Positions 63,729-64,000 of a stretch of 64,000 bases of DNA are shown one piece after another. This DNA is from Octopus vulgaris (taxonomy: Eukaryota): contig OX597826.1 of assembly GCA_951406725.2 (NCBI GenBank), forward strand, positions 76,074,001 to 76,138,000, written 5' to 3'. Below the pieces are notes generated by a model that did no database searches, was not told where the DNA came from, and saw only the letters and a program-made list of their open reading frames with translations. The translations under genes and the position numbers were made by a program. Within the stretch, counting starts at the first letter, position 1; every line of letters starts with the position of its first letter.

Positions 63729-64000
63729 TAGCCTTTCAGGAAAAGTTGTCTACTTTCTCAATGATAAAAAAAAAAGTTAAGTATTTGTTGAGAGGATCTC
63801 CGGTTTATTTGATAGAATCAAGCTGGCTGCATCGCTTCTTTACTCCGATGCATCCATCACACACGTTTAATCTGTCTTCTCAGCATTCAAAAAAGAAAAG
63901 AAAAGGTATCAATCGTTTTCCCATCTCTGTTTCTTATAAAATAATATAAAGATATGCTTTAGCCAAAGCAGGAACGAGCAGTGCTCACGATCTTTTTACA

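Overview
Repeat-rich animal genomic DNA, most likely an octopus or other coleoid cephalopod. This is inferred from the SINE/RTE families and the extreme (TACA)n/(TA)n microsatellite load. Most ORF-track entries are microsatellite or SINE artefacts. The real coding content is all on the minus strand: exon 1 of a GIPC-family PDZ gene (7660-7995), a complete 6-exon RBX1/ROC1 gene (54203 to 32374, 118 aa, including a 28-nt micro-exon), and one WSC-domain exon (62782-62920). Mobile elements include a young 5'-truncated RTE LINE with a 9-bp TSD, a PHD-like finger inside its RT and a twin-hairpin 3'-UTR array. Also present are a full-length dead mariner, a non-autonomous Helitron in the RBX1 promoter, Merlin-, piggyBac- and hAT-type MITEs, RLE-LINE relics and many tRNA-SINEs. 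The main hidden signal is about 16 minimal type I hammerhead-ribozyme motifs from roughly a dozen unrelated short repeat families, probably Penelope-like-element termini. Nearly all have a self-complementary stem III whose sequence differs between families. They include one fully canonical copy (23724-23765), one with a compensatory G3-C8 core swap (56501-56551), and multi-copy U4C and A6U core variants. All structures were read by eye; no folding or database search was run.
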